Shown: positions 1 to 10,030, numbered from the stretch's first letter. The stretch: 64,000 nucleotides of DNA from Anaerolineales bacterium (GCA_025808555.1 CP075526.1:558387-622386); one strand, 5' to 3'. A program made the numbers and translations. Notes: generated from the sequence alone by a model not told the origin.

Positions 1-441
1 TTCAGGATAGCGCTTGCCTGGTTTGAACAAGCTGGCCGCATGGCGCAGCACGACTTCTAGTTTCCTGCGTTGGGCAGGCAGTGTAGCCAACCGGCCATCC
101 GCCCCGCGGAAGTTGCGTAGCACGGCACGGTCATAGGCTTGCATGTCCACATCGGCCGCCATGGCGGGCAAGGTGTCTTTGGCCAGCAGACGCTCGGCCA
201 TGCTCTCCAGACGGTCCGTGTTCAACTCGTAGATGCTGTAATGCCCGTCCGCGCGGGCGCGCACAAGATTGGCGCGGCCAAGGATGCTGAGGTGATGCGA
301 GACGGTCGCCTCTGAAAGCTGCAACAGGCTGGCCAGCTCCTCCACCGCATGCGGTGCCTGGGCCAGGATGCCGGCGATCTTGAGCCGTTTGGGCTCGGCC
401 AAGGCTTTAAAAAACTCGATCAGTTCGGTTTCAGCGCTCAT
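1..441 (-). CDS. ArsR-family winged-helix transcriptional regulator (3' end cut by window edge)
   Basis: Absent from the ORF track because it runs off the window. Reverse translation from the ATG at 441 gives MSAETELIEFFKALAEPKRLKIAGILAQAPHAVEELASLLQLSEATVSHHLSILGRANLVRARADGHYSIYEL..., a typical ArsR/SmtB HTH, followed by a DUF2087-like tail. Confidence 0.8.
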   Translation of the reverse strand, partial: MSAETELIEFFKALAEPKRLKIAGILAQAPHAVEELASLLQLSEATVSHHLSILGRANLVRARADGHYSIYELNTDRLESMAERLLAKDTLPAMAADVDMQAYDRAVLRNFRGADGRLATLPAQRRKLEVVLRHAASLFKPGKRYPE

Positions 442-454
442 ATTCGCCGTCTAA

Positions 455-478
455 ATAATTAGATACTTATCTAATTAT
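455..478. promoter_or_regulatory. AT-rich perfect inverted repeat, candidate ArsR-type operator
   Basis: aTAATTAGATA-ct-TATCTAATTAt has 10-11 bp perfect arms. It lies in the 93-nt divergent gap between the ArsR-like gene (start 441) and the GT-C gene (start 535). Confidence 0.5.
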
Positions 479-534
479 AATTCGTTGGCGCTAGCAAGTC
501 AAGTTGCGCGGCAGCCCATGATAGGCTTGAGCGC

Positions 535-1737
535 ATGCCTATCCGCAACAAAAGCGCCTTGGCGGTGCTATGTTTTGGCATCGCTTTCCTGGCCTATTGG
601 GGCTTTGCCCAGGCACTGGGCAAAGCCCACACAAGTGACGCAGCCTACTTCAACCTGCTGGCCGATGCGTTCTTGCACGGGCGGCTCCATCTCGTCAACC
701 CGCCGACTACGATCGATCTCGCCTTCTTCAACGGCCGCTGGTATGTACCCTTCCCGCCCCTGCCCGCGTTGCTCATGCTGCCCTGGGTGGCAGCCGCCGG
801 CGTGGACGCGGTGAACACGGTGGTGTTCAACGCCGCCTTCGCCGCCGCCAATGTGGCGCTGATATTCCTCATCCTCAGCGCGCTCAGCCAGCACAAGTTC
901 ACCGCTCTCAACACAGCCGACAATCTGTGGCTCACGCTGCTCTTCGGTTTGGGAAGCGTGCATTGGTACATGGCAACCCAAGGCAGCGTGTGGTTCATCG
1001 CCCAGATATGCACCGTCACCTTCGTGGCGCTGGCTGTGCTCATCACTTTGCAGCGCGGGCCGGCCTGGATGGCCGGCCTGGCGCTGGGTCTGGCCGTCGC
1101 CGCCCGCCCCAACGTCGCCCTCAGCTTTCCGCTCCTGCTCGGCATCGTAGCCATGGATGGCACGTCATCCATTGACTGGCGACGCATTCTACGCTGGGGC
1201 GCCCAGGCCGCGGTGCCCATCCTGCTGGTGGCCGCCGCCCTGCTGGCTTACAACCAGGCCCGCTTCCACAACCCTCTCGATTTTGGTTACGCCAACGCCG
1301 AGGTCAACCCACGCCTAGCGGCCGACCTGGCCGAGTACGGCCAGTTCAGCCCGCACTACATCCCGCGCAACCTGCGCGCCATGCTGTTTGCCCTGCCGGT
1401 GTGGGACGCCGAAGCCCGCCGCCCCACCGCAGACGGCGATGGCCTGAGCCTGCTGATCACCACGCCAGCCCTGGTCTATCTCGTGTGGGCGCGCAAACGC
1501 AACCCGCTTACGCTCGGAGCCTGGACTGCCCTCGGCTTGCTGGTCATCCCGCTACTGCTGTACTACAACACCGGCTGGTGGCAGTTTGGCTATCGCTTCA
1601 GCCTTGACTTTATGCTCCCTGTGATGGTGCTGCTGGCGAACGCCCTGTCCTCGCCATTACTCCGCCTGGCCCGCCTGCTCATCCTTGCCGGTGTTGCGGT
1701 TAACCTTTACGGAGTGCTGTGGTGGCATCTGCTGTAA
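535..1737 (+). CDS. polytopic membrane glycosyltransferase, GT-C fold (ArnT/PMT-like)
   Basis: 400-aa multi-TM ORF. The N-terminal loop AAYFNLLADAFLHGRLHL...FFNGRWYVPFPPLPALLMLP resembles lipid-carrier-dependent glycosyltransferases. Confidence 0.55.
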   Translation: MPIRNKSALAVLCFGIAFLAYWGFAQALGKAHTSDAAYFNLLADAFLHGRLHLVNPPTTIDLAFFNGRWYVPFPPLPALLMLPWVAAAGVDAVNTVVFNAAFAAANVALIFLILSALSQHKFTALNTADNLWLTLLFGLGSVHWYMATQGSVWFIAQICTVTFVALAVLITLQRGPAWMAGLALGLAVAARPNVALSFPLLLGIVAMDGTSSIDWRRILRWGAQAAVPILLVAAALLAYNQARFHNPLDFGYANAEVNPRLAADLAEYGQFSPHYIPRNLRAMLFALPVWDAEARRPTADGDGLSLLITTPALVYLVWARKRNPLTLGAWTALGLLVIPLLLYYNTGWWQFGYRFSLDFMLPVMVLLANALSSPLLRLARLLILAGVAVNLYGVLWWHLL

Positions 1738-1767
1738 CGCGTCGCCGCCCGCGCCGTTCACTCCACT

Positions 1768-2685
1768 ATGGCTAAAGCTCTTCACGTCAAACTGATCTAC
1801 AACCACACCGCCGGCAACCAGAGCGAGTCGCCGCAGCAGCTGGTGGATATCCTGCTGGCAATGCAAGCCAACGACATCCACCCTGAAGTATTTGTGATCG
1901 ACCCCAACATGGATGTAGCCAACGTGGTGCGTCGAGCCCAGGCTGACGGCACCCGCCTGGTGGTGGTGGCGGGCGGCGACGGCACGGTGGATAGCGTGGC
2001 CCACAACATGGTCAATTCACCCCTGCGCCTGGGCATCATCCCGGTCGGTACGCGCAACAACCTGGCCCTCAATCTCAACATCCCGTCCGACATCCTCTCA
2101 GCCGTCAAGCTGTTGCGCCGCGGCCACGCTCTGCGCATTGACGTGGGCCGGGCGCGCAGCGGCGGCGTGGTGCGCCACTTCCTCGAGCTGGCCACCATTG
2201 GCTTGCTGTCTGATCTGTACGAGATCACCGACGAGCTGCAGCACGGTGATATCACCCGCGTGGGCGAATGGCTGAGCACCTTCATGGCCGCCGAACCCAG
2301 CCAGGCCCAACTCATACTCGACCGGGCCCGTAAGGTTGGCGCCAGCGGCCACATGGTGTTGGTGGCCAACATGCCCTACATCGGGCCTAACATCCAGATC
2401 GACCCAAAGGTGTCGTACCGTGACGGCAAGCTGGATGTGTTCGTGTTCTCTGATATGAGCAAGTTCCACTTCATTTCGTTCGCTTTGCGCTCTCTGGCCG
2501 GCACGGTGGAGAAAGAATCGATCAAGCACTTCCAGGTAAAACAACTTAAGCTAGACTCTAAGCCCGCCATGAACATCATGACCGATGGTCTGGAACTGGG
2601 CAGTGGCCCGGTCAAGATCGAAGTGCTGCCCAAGGCGCTCACCGTAATGGCCGGTCGCCGCCCGCATAAAAAGAAGAAAAAGTAG
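1768..2685 (+). CDS. diacylglycerol-kinase-family lipid kinase (YegS/BmrU-like)
   Basis: DAGK catalytic motifs VVVAGGDGTVDSV and GIIPVGTRNNLALNL. Confidence 0.8.
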   Translation: MAKALHVKLIYNHTAGNQSESPQQLVDILLAMQANDIHPEVFVIDPNMDVANVVRRAQADGTRLVVVAGGDGTVDSVAHNMVNSPLRLGIIPVGTRNNLALNLNIPSDILSAVKLLRRGHALRIDVGRARSGGVVRHFLELATIGLLSDLYEITDELQHGDITRVGEWLSTFMAAEPSQAQLILDRARKVGASGHMVLVANMPYIGPNIQIDPKVSYRDGKLDVFVFSDMSKFHFISFALRSLAGTVEKESIKHFQVKQLKLDSKPAMNIMTDGLELGSGPVKIEVLPKALTVMAGRRPHKKKKK

Positions 2686-2693
2686 TTCACTGT

Positions 2694-3509
2694 ATGCCCA
2701 AAAAAGCCTCCAATCCCCCCATCGTTGAAAATCTGCAAGACCAAGTCGAAGGCCTGCAAGAGCAGGTCAAGCCCGATCCGCGGGCTCACAAGCGGCCGCT
2801 GCCCTACCGCATCGGCATCTTTGTGGCCTGCCTGGCCGGCTTGCTGTTCCTGCTCAGCTATGCACCGCCTGAGCAACGTGAAGTCCTGTGGCGCGCCATG
2901 ACCCTCCAGCGCAACCTCATCGTCCCCATGTTGACGCTGGGGTTGCTGGCGCTCTCGCTGCTGTGGGCCCGCGGCCAGGAGATTGATAACCGCGCTTTCC
3001 TATTCTTCAACCTGCGCGGCCGCCGCCCGCGCTGGCTGGATATTGCCCTGGGCACCTTCAGCCAGCTGGGCAGCGGCATATTGGCCATCGGCCTGGCCGT
3101 GTATTTCCTGCGCAGCAACCGCGATCTTTCGCTGCAACTGGTGCTGGGCACCCTGACCCTCTCCCTGATGGTCGAAGTGATCAAGGCGCTGACAGACCGC
3201 GCCCGTCCCTTCCTCGCCAATCCCAATGCCCGCGTCGTAGGCTGGCGCGAACCCGGGCGCTCGTTCCCCAGTGGGCATACCTCGCAGATATTCTTTCTGG
3301 CCGCGCTGCTCAACCACCAGATGGAGCCTGGCCTGGTGTTGGGCGGGCTTATGTATGCGATTGCGGCCGGAGTCGGCTTCACGCGTATGTACGTTGGCGC
3401 CCATTACCCGCGCGATGTGGTGGGTGGCGCGCTGCTGGGCCTGATGTGGGGTACGCTGGCCAATCTGATCGATCCCTATTGGGTGCCGTTCTTTCTGGTA
3501 TTCGGATAA
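2694..3509 (+). CDS. PAP2-family membrane phosphatase
   Basis: PAP2 motifs KALTDRARP, SFPSGHTS and RMYVGAHYPRDVVGG, with multiple TM segments. Confidence 0.8.
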   Translation: MPKKASNPPIVENLQDQVEGLQEQVKPDPRAHKRPLPYRIGIFVACLAGLLFLLSYAPPEQREVLWRAMTLQRNLIVPMLTLGLLALSLLWARGQEIDNRAFLFFNLRGRRPRWLDIALGTFSQLGSGILAIGLAVYFLRSNRDLSLQLVLGTLTLSLMVEVIKALTDRARPFLANPNARVVGWREPGRSFPSGHTSQIFFLAALLNHQMEPGLVLGGLMYAIAAGVGFTRMYVGAHYPRDVVGGALLGLMWGTLANLIDPYWVPFFLVFG

Positions 3510-3595
3510 GCGTTAGGTACTCAACACAAGTAATCATGCGCCCACGAGGTGAAGCCACGCATATCTATATCTGAGGCGTTGTATACTCACATCAC

Positions 3596-5389
3596 ATGAG
3601 CAAACACATTCTCGTGGCCGTTGCCTGGCCATATGCCAATGCTGATATCCACGTCGGCAACCTCACCGGCTCGTACCTGCCTGCCGACATCTTCGCACGC
3701 TACCACCGCCTGAAGGGCAACCAGGTGCTCATGGTCTCCGGCTCGGATGCGCACGGTACGCCCATCACCGTCAAATCAGACGCCGAGGGCGTAAGCCCCG
3801 AGGTGGTCTACCACCGTTACCACGCCGGCTTCATTGACCTGTTCCAGAAGCTGGGCCTGCAATACGACCTGTTCACCAGCACGCATACCCAGAACCATTT
3901 CAAGGTCTCGCAGGCCATGTTCACCGCCCTGAAAGCGCGCGGCTACCTATACACCGAGGAGCAGCAGCAGTGGTATTCGTCCAGCCTGCGCAAGTTCCTG
4001 CCTGACCGCTATGTGGAAGGCACGTGCTACATCTGCGGCTTCGAAGGCGCCCGCGGTGACCAGTGCGACAACTGCGGCAACGTGCTCGACTCGACCCAAC
4101 TGATCAACCCACGCGCCAAAGAAGATGGCTCCAGCCCGGAGCTGCGCACCACGACCCACTACTTCCTTGACCTGGGGCAGCTGGAGGCGCCGGTAGTGCG
4201 CTTCCTTGAAGAGCGCCAGGGCTACTGGCGCCCCAATGTGGTCAACCGCTCGCTGGGTTGGATCCGCAAAGAGCGCCTGCACGGCCGCCCCATCACGCGT
4301 GACCTCGACTGGGGTATCCCCGTGCCTGAGGAAGGCTGGGAGACCAAACGCCTCTACGTCTGGTTCGAGGCGGTCATCGGCTACCTCTCCGCCGCCATCG
4401 AATGGGCCACCCTTAGCGGCCAGCCCGAAGCCTGGCACCGCTGGTGGACCGATCCCGAAGCGCGCGCCTACTACTTTCTGGGCAAGGACAACATTGATTT
4501 CCACGCCATCATGTGGCCGGCGGAGCTGATCGGCGTGGCTGACGAATTTGCACGCATCTTCGAAGGCACGGAAGGCAAATCGCTCACCCTGCCCTATGAT
4601 GTGCCGGCCAACGAATTCATGAACATGGAGAACCGCAAGATCTCCGGCAGCCGCAACTGGGGCGTGTGGGGGTTGGATTTTCTCAGCCGTTACGACGCGG
4701 ACCCGCTGCGCTATTACCTGACCGTCAACATGCCTGAGACCAGCGACTCAAACTGGGACTGGGATGATTTTGTGCGCCGCAACAATAACGAGCTTGTCGC
4801 TACCTGGGGCAATCTGGCCAACCGCGTGCTCTCCTTCGCCGCCAAACACTGGGACGGCAAAGTGCCCCAGCCCGGCGCACTGCGCCCGGCTGACGAAGCG
4901 CTGCTGGCGATCGTCGAGGACGGCTTTGACAGCGTCGGTGAGCTCATCGAGAGCGTAAAGCTGCGCGGCGCCCTGGCCGAAGCCATGCGCCTGGCCGCCG
5001 AAGTCAACCGCTATCTGGATGAGCAGGCGCCCTGGGCGCAGGTCAAGACCGATAAGGACGCCGCGGCGATCACCATCTACACTGCCCTGCGCGCCATTGA
5101 TAATCTCAAGCTGCTGCTGGCGCCTTTCCTCCCGCACAGTTGCGAAGCGCTGCACAGCATGCTGGGCTATCACGCCCCGCTGTTCGGCGAGCAGTACACC
5201 GAAAGCATTGCCGACAACCTGGGCGAGCACCAGGCGCTGCGCTACCGCGCCGCGGCTATCCCCGGCCACTGGCGCCCCAGCAGGCTGGAGGGCGGCCGCC
5301 AACTGCGCCAGCCCGGCCCACTGTACAAGAAGCTTGAACCCGAGATCGCCGATCAGGAACGTGCCCGCTTGGGCGGAGGCGCCACATAG
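3596..5389 (+). CDS. metG: methionine--tRNA ligase
   Basis: Class I aaRS with HIGN-type motif (ADIHVGNLTG), a CxxC...CxxC zinc knuckle (CYICG...CDNCG) and a KMSKS-like KISGSRN. Confidence 0.95.
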   Translation: MSKHILVAVAWPYANADIHVGNLTGSYLPADIFARYHRLKGNQVLMVSGSDAHGTPITVKSDAEGVSPEVVYHRYHAGFIDLFQKLGLQYDLFTSTHTQNHFKVSQAMFTALKARGYLYTEEQQQWYSSSLRKFLPDRYVEGTCYICGFEGARGDQCDNCGNVLDSTQLINPRAKEDGSSPELRTTTHYFLDLGQLEAPVVRFLEERQGYWRPNVVNRSLGWIRKERLHGRPITRDLDWGIPVPEEGWETKRLYVWFEAVIGYLSAAIEWATLSGQPEAWHRWWTDPEARAYYFLGKDNIDFHAIMWPAELIGVADEFARIFEGTEGKSLTLPYDVPANEFMNMENRKISGSRNWGVWGLDFLSRYDADPLRYYLTVNMPETSDSNWDWDDFVRRNNNELVATWGNLANRVLSFAAKHWDGKVPQPGALRPADEALLAIVEDGFDSVGELIESVKLRGALAEAMRLAAEVNRYLDEQAPWAQVKTDKDAAAITIYTALRAIDNLKLLLAPFLPHSCEALHSMLGYHAPLFGEQYTESIADNLGEHQALRYRAAAIPGHWRPSRLEGGRQLRQPGPLYKKLEPEIADQERARLGGGAT

Positions 5390-5517
5390 CTACACGAAAA
5401 CAGGGGGCTCGCAAGACTGCAGCCTCCAAATGCTCCACCGTTAAACGCGCCGCCCGGCGCATAGCTCCCACCACTCCGCAACCACCAACCACTGCGTCAA
5501 AGACTCGCATCACACCT

Positions 5518-6771
5518 GTGCTGGTTGTGTTGGGCATTGTGCTGTTGGCGCTGCTCTTCTATCTCAATGCGTATGTGGGTTTTGGCAAAGGCCAGCCCGA
5601 GTTCAATGACTACATGCTGGTGCACATGGCCGGCAAAGCGCTGCAACACGGGCTGGACCTGTACGACCCGGCTCAGTGGGATGCGGCTCATCGCCTATTC
5701 GGCAATGGCTACACCGATAACGCTGTATTCATCTACCCGCCGCCCATGGCGCTCATCTACGCGCCGTTCTCGTTCCTGCCGGTAAAGGCGGGCGAGATTG
5801 CCTGGCTGTTCTTCGGGCAGTTGCTGCTGGCTGTCTCGAGCTACTGGTTGTTGCGCGGAGTGCAGTTTAAAGAACCGCGGCGCTTTGCCCTGGTGGTAGC
5901 GTGCATCGTGCTGTTCCTGCCTACGATCAACGCCTGGTGGTCGCGCCAGCCCTCTTTCCTGCTGTTGCTCTTTCTCGCGACTGCGTACATGCTGCTGATG
6001 CGCCGCAAGGACTGGGCGGCAGGCGCCTTCCTGGCGTTGGCCGCCCTGCGCCCGAGCCCGGTGCTGTTCCTGGCCTGGGCCATCATGGGCTGGGCGCTGG
6101 CCCACCGCCGCTGGCGGGTGTGGATCAGCACCGCCGCCAGCGCGGTGGCTCTGTACTTCATCAGCGAACTGGTGCGGCCCGGCTGGCTTCAGGTCTGGCT
6201 GGAGCACACGGTGGGCGCCAGCGGCAAGCTGCCGGCCTTCCAGGCCTACGTACCCACGCTGTGGGGCTTGGTGGCCGAATTTGGCGCGCCGGCCTGGTCG
6301 CTATTCGGCGGCGTGCTGGCCGTTGGGCTGTCCATCTTCTCGGTGTGGTGGATGCGCCGCTACAAGCACACCAATCTGACCTCAGTGATGCTGCTGTTCG
6401 TACCGCTCTCGCTTTTCCTGTCCCCCTATGCCTGGAACTATGACTTTGTTCTGCTGCTGATCCCGCTGCTACTGGCCATTCGCCACGCCGAGCATTCGGC
6501 GCCCGAGCTGCGCCGGCGCCTGTGGCCCTGGCTGCTTGCGCTCATGCTGGCCCTGCCCTATGCACTGCGCATGATCGCCCTCCTACGCGGGCGCGATACA
6601 CTGAGCGCGCTGCTGCCGCTGGCCGTTTGGGCACTGGGGCTGTGGGTAGTGAGCACGCCGTACGCGCGTGACCCGCGCGGTACACTGCCGCCCGGCGGCG
6701 TGGAGCGGAGGCGGCGGGGCAAGGCCCGGCCTGCACGCAAAACCAGTGCCAGAGCAAAAGCTTCACGCTAA
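5518..6771 (+). CDS. polytopic membrane protein, DUF2029/GT87-like glycosyltransferase
   Basis: GTG start. About 10 TM segments. The loop DYMLVHMAGKALQHGLDLYDP...FIYPPPMALIYAP is typical of DUF2029 mannosyltransferase-like proteins. Arg/Lys-rich C-terminal tail. Confidence 0.6.
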   Translation: MLVVLGIVLLALLFYLNAYVGFGKGQPEFNDYMLVHMAGKALQHGLDLYDPAQWDAAHRLFGNGYTDNAVFIYPPPMALIYAPFSFLPVKAGEIAWLFFGQLLLAVSSYWLLRGVQFKEPRRFALVVACIVLFLPTINAWWSRQPSFLLLLFLATAYMLLMRRKDWAAGAFLALAALRPSPVLFLAWAIMGWALAHRRWRVWISTAASAVALYFISELVRPGWLQVWLEHTVGASGKLPAFQAYVPTLWGLVAEFGAPAWSLFGGVLAVGLSIFSVWWMRRYKHTNLTSVMLLFVPLSLFLSPYAWNYDFVLLLIPLLLAIRHAEHSAPELRRRLWPWLLALMLALPYALRMIALLRGRDTLSALLPLAVWALGLWVVSTPYARDPRGTLPPGGVERRRRGKARPARKTSARAKASR

Positions 6772-6918
6772 AAAGAGCGCAAACCCTGTTGATTGGCGGG
6801 GCTTAACTGCTTTGTAAGTGCCCGCCTACCCTATTGGATTGCTGCAGGGCTGAATTAGTGGCAAATGACCCTATGAACCGTCTTGGCATTCCGTAAGCTT
6901 AAGATGCAGGAGGAAGCC

Positions 6919-7098
6919 ATGGAAACTCAAATGTTCGAGATCAAGTGTCCGTTTTGCAATGCCACAACGCATGCAACCCTGCCGGCCGACCCGGCTGCCC
7001 GCGACTCCGCCCTGATGATGACCTGTGAAGACTGCGGGAAGGAGTTCGGGTTTACTGAGGAGCTGGTCTACCAGCCAGTCGAAGAGGGCAAGGACTAA
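6919..7098 (+). CDS. small 4-Cys zinc-ribbon protein
   Basis: AGGAGG sits 5 nt upstream of the ATG at 6919. METQMFEIKCPFCN...CEDCGKEF carries two CxxC pairs. An intrinsic terminator follows immediately. Confidence 0.5.
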   Translation: METQMFEIKCPFCNATTHATLPADPAARDSALMMTCEDCGKEFGFTEELVYQPVEEGKD

Positions 7099-7126
7099 AA
7101 AAGGGCGGGTTTGAGACCCGCCCTTT
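7097..7126. terminator. bidirectional intrinsic terminator (zinc-ribbon gene / leuS)
   Basis: AAAAAA-GGGCGGGT-ttgag-ACCCGCCC-TTT: an 8-bp GC stem with A and T runs on either side. Confidence 0.7.
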
Positions 7127-7162
7127 GCTGTCTTTGCTTCGCGTCGAACAGCGCAGCGCTGC

Positions 7163-9619
7163 TTACATCACAATATTCACCAGCTTGCCCTTGACCACGA
7201 TCACTTGGCGCGGCGTCTTGCCGCCCAGCGCCTTGGCCACGGCTTCGCTGGCCAGGGCGCGGGCCTTGGCGTGGTCCTCGCTGATGCCAGCCGGCACGGT
7301 GATGCGGTCACGCAGCTTGCCATTGACCTGCACCACCAGGGTGATCTCGTCCTCGCGGGCGGCGGCTTCGTCGGCTACCGGCCAGGGCTGCTGGTGCACC
7401 GAGTACGGCTTGCCCTCGTGCACCCACAGCTCCTCGGCCACATGGGGCGTGACCGGCGCCATCAGGCGCAGGTAAACGTCCTTGGCCTCGGCCCATTCCG
7501 GGCTGCCCTCTGTCTTGGCGCGCAGCTCAGTCATCGTGTTGGCCAGCTCCATGTAGGCCGAGATGATGGTGTTGAACTCAAAGGTCTCCAGGTCACGGGC
7601 CACTTTTTGGATGGTCTGGTGCACCTTCCGGCGCAGGGACTTAGCGGCCGCCGCGTCCGGTTTGCCTCCGCCCTCATCCTTGGCCGTATACAGGGTCCAT
7701 ACCTTGTGCATCCAGCGCACCACGCCCTGGATGTTCTCATCGCTCCACGCACCGCCTTCGTTCCAGCGATAGCCGAACATCAAATAGGCGCGAACGGTGT
7801 CCGCTCCGTACAGGCGCACCTGCTCATCCGGGTCGATGACATTGCCGCGCGATTTGCTCATGCGCTGGCCGTCCGGCCCCAGGATCTGGCCCTGGTTGCG
7901 CAGCTGCTGCATGGGCTCATGGCCTTCAGTGATCCCGATGTCACGCAGCGCCTTATGAAAGAAGCGCACATACAGCAAGTGCATCACGGCATGCTCAGCG
8001 CCGCCGGTGTAGGTATCTACCGGCATCCAGTAGTCGTACTCGGCCGGGTCAAAAGGCGCCTTGTCGTAGTGCGGGCTCAGGTAGCGCAGGAAATACCACG
8101 ACGAGCACATGAAGGTGTCCATCGTGTCGGTGTCGCGTTCGGCGGGTTTGCCGCAGTGCGGGCAGGTGGTGTACTTCCAGGTGGGGTGCAGTTTCAGCGG
8201 GCTTTCGCCGGTGGGCGTCCACTCCACATCATCGGGCAGCAGCACGGGCAGCTGGTCATCCGGCACGGGCTGAGCGCCGCAATCTTTGCAATACACGATT
8301 GGGATCGGCGCGCCCCAGTAGCGCTGGCGCGAGATCAACCAATCACGGATGCGGTAGCCCACCGTGGCCGTGCCCACTTGCTTCTGTTGCAGGAAAGCGA
8401 TGGTGTCGGCAATGGCTTGGTCCGCCCGCGTGCCGGTCAGCGGGCCGCTGTTGACCATCATGCCTTCGCCAGTGGCGGCTTCGGTCATTGTTGCGCCGTC
8501 TAGCGCTTCGCCTTCGGGTTGGATGACCGACGGTTGAATAACCGGACGTATCTCCAGGCCATACTTGCGCGCAAAGGTGAAGTCGCGCTCATCGTGAGCC
8601 GGCACGGCCATGATGGCGCCGGTGCCATAGGTCATCAACACATAGTCAGCAGTCCAGATCGGCACGCGCTCCCCGCTGACCGGGTTGATGGCGTAACCAC
8701 CGGTGAACACGCCGGTCTTTTCTTTCTCGGTCGATTCACGTTCAATGTCGGTCTGGCGCGTGGCTTCGGCCACATAGGCTTCCACCTCGGCCTTCTTGTC
8801 CGGCGTGGTCACCTTAGCCACCAGCGGGTGTTCGGGGGCCAGCACCATAAACGTTGCGCCCCACAGCGTATCCGGCCGGGTGGTGAAGATGGAGAACTCA
8901 TCGCCCGTCTCGGTCTTGAAGACCACGTTAGCGCCCTCGGAACGACCGATCCAGTTGGTTTGCAGGGTCTGGATCTGCCCCGGCCAGTCAATGCCGACAA
9001 AGTTCAGCAGCTCATCTGCATAGTTGGTGATGCGGAAGAACCACTGCTCCAAGTTCTTTTTGATTACCGGCGTTCCGCAGCGCTCACATACGCGCTTCTC
9101 GCCCACCACCTGCTCGCGCGCCAGGGTCGTGTTGTCCTTGGGGCACCAGTCCACCGCGGCCATCTTGCGGTAGGCCAGGCCGTTCTTATACAGCTGCAGG
9201 AAGAACCACTGCGTCCATTTGTAATATTCCGGGTCAGAGGAAACGGCTTCACGCCGCCAATCGAACATGGCGCCCATGCTGCGCAGTTGCTTGCGCATAT
9301 TCTCGATGTTGGCGTAAGTCCATTTCTTGGGATGGATATTGCGCTGGATGGCGGCGTTCTCGGCCGGCAGGCCGAAGGCGTCGAAGCCCATGGGGAACAT
9401 GACGTTGTAGCCGCGCATGCGCATGAAGCGCGCCCGCGCGTCCGAAGGGGTCATGGCATACCAGTGGCCGATGTGCAAATTACCCGATGGGTACGGCAGC
9501 ATGGTGAGCGCGTAGTGCTTGGGGCGCTTAGGGTCAATGTCGGCATGGTAGATGCCGTCTGCCTCCCATTTTTGCTGCCACTTGGCCTCGATCTCGGCCG
9601 GGTTGTACTTCTCTGCCAT
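7163..9619 (-). CDS. leuS: leucine--tRNA ligase
   Basis: 818 aa with a HIGH-type motif (PSGNLHIGHWY), KMSKS (QRMSKSRGN) and a typical LeuRS N terminus MAEKYNPAEIEAKWQQKW. Confidence 0.97.
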   Translation of the reverse strand: MAEKYNPAEIEAKWQQKWEADGIYHADIDPKRPKHYALTMLPYPSGNLHIGHWYAMTPSDARARFMRMRGYNVMFPMGFDAFGLPAENAAIQRNIHPKKWTYANIENMRKQLRSMGAMFDWRREAVSSDPEYYKWTQWFFLQLYKNGLAYRKMAAVDWCPKDNTTLAREQVVGEKRVCERCGTPVIKKNLEQWFFRITNYADELLNFVGIDWPGQIQTLQTNWIGRSEGANVVFKTETGDEFSIFTTRPDTLWGATFMVLAPEHPLVAKVTTPDKKAEVEAYVAEATRQTDIERESTEKEKTGVFTGGYAINPVSGERVPIWTADYVLMTYGTGAIMAVPAHDERDFTFARKYGLEIRPVIQPSVIQPEGEALDGATMTEAATGEGMMVNSGPLTGTRADQAIADTIAFLQQKQVGTATVGYRIRDWLISRQRYWGAPIPIVYCKDCGAQPVPDDQLPVLLPDDVEWTPTGESPLKLHPTWKYTTCPHCGKPAERDTDTMDTFMCSSWYFLRYLSPHYDKAPFDPAEYDYWMPVDTYTGGAEHAVMHLLYVRFFHKALRDIGITEGHEPMQQLRNQGQILGPDGQRMSKSRGNVIDPDEQVRLYGADTVRAYLMFGYRWNEGGAWSDENIQGVVRWMHKVWTLYTAKDEGGGKPDAAAAKSLRRKVHQTIQKVARDLETFEFNTIISAYMELANTMTELRAKTEGSPEWAEAKDVYLRLMAPVTPHVAEELWVHEGKPYSVHQQPWPVADEAAAREDEITLVVQVNGKLRDRITVPAGISEDHAKARALASEAVAKALGGKTPRQVIVVKGKLVNIVM

Positions 9620-9646
9620 TCGATCTCCTCGTTCGCGCAGTGCTTA

Positions 9647-9915
9647 AACAAAAAACTCTCACCCATGTGACCTTCAGGTCACGGGGTGAGAGTAACTCCC
9701 ACGGTACCACCCGCATTGCCCGCACACAATGGGTGCAGACCGCTCATCACGCTGTATTGGGCGCACCCGCTGCCGTGCCGTCTGGCTTACAGGCGAGTTC
9801 AGTTGCTTTTGCGCATGCCGGGCTTGCACCACTGCACCCGGCTCTCTGTGAGCGTAAAGCCAACCTACTACTCCTGCTCGGCGTGACCGGTTTCACCGGC
9901 CACTCTTCACTTGAC
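9647..9915 (-). promoter_or_regulatory. T-box riboswitch leader of leuS (Leu specifier CUC)
   Basis: Minus-strand elements: AG-bay CAGAGAGC; distal loop GTGGTGCAAGCC; specifier context GAA-CUC-G (CUC at 9797-9795); T-box sequence GCGGGTGGTACCGTGGG (9714-9698); terminator CTCTCACCC...GGGTGAGAG+TTTTTT (9692-9650); then GAGGAG and the leuS ATG. Confidence 0.85.
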
Positions 9916-9922
9916 TTACTAG

Positions 9923-9995
9923 TGGACCCAGAGGGATTCGAACCCTCGACCTCCTCAATGCCATTGAGGCGCGCTCCCAGCTGCGCCATGGGCCC
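9923..9995 (-). tRNA. tRNA-Ala (anticodon GGC)
   Basis: 73-nt cloverleaf folded by hand. Acceptor GGGCCCA/TGGGTCC with the G3:U70 Ala identity pair, anticodon loop AT-GGC-AT, T-loop GGTTCGAATCC. No encoded CCA. Confidence 0.9.
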
Positions 9996-10030
9996 GTACG
10001 CACGACTGCGTCGTGCTTTCGGCGTGCCCT

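Noticed and set aside
3579-3598. Possible leaderless mRNAs: TATACT 8 nt before the metG ATG, and TAAAAT 6 nt before the DUF218 ATG at 53739
   Set aside because: No convincing -35 or extended -10 element was found in either case. This cannot be supported without 5'-end data.
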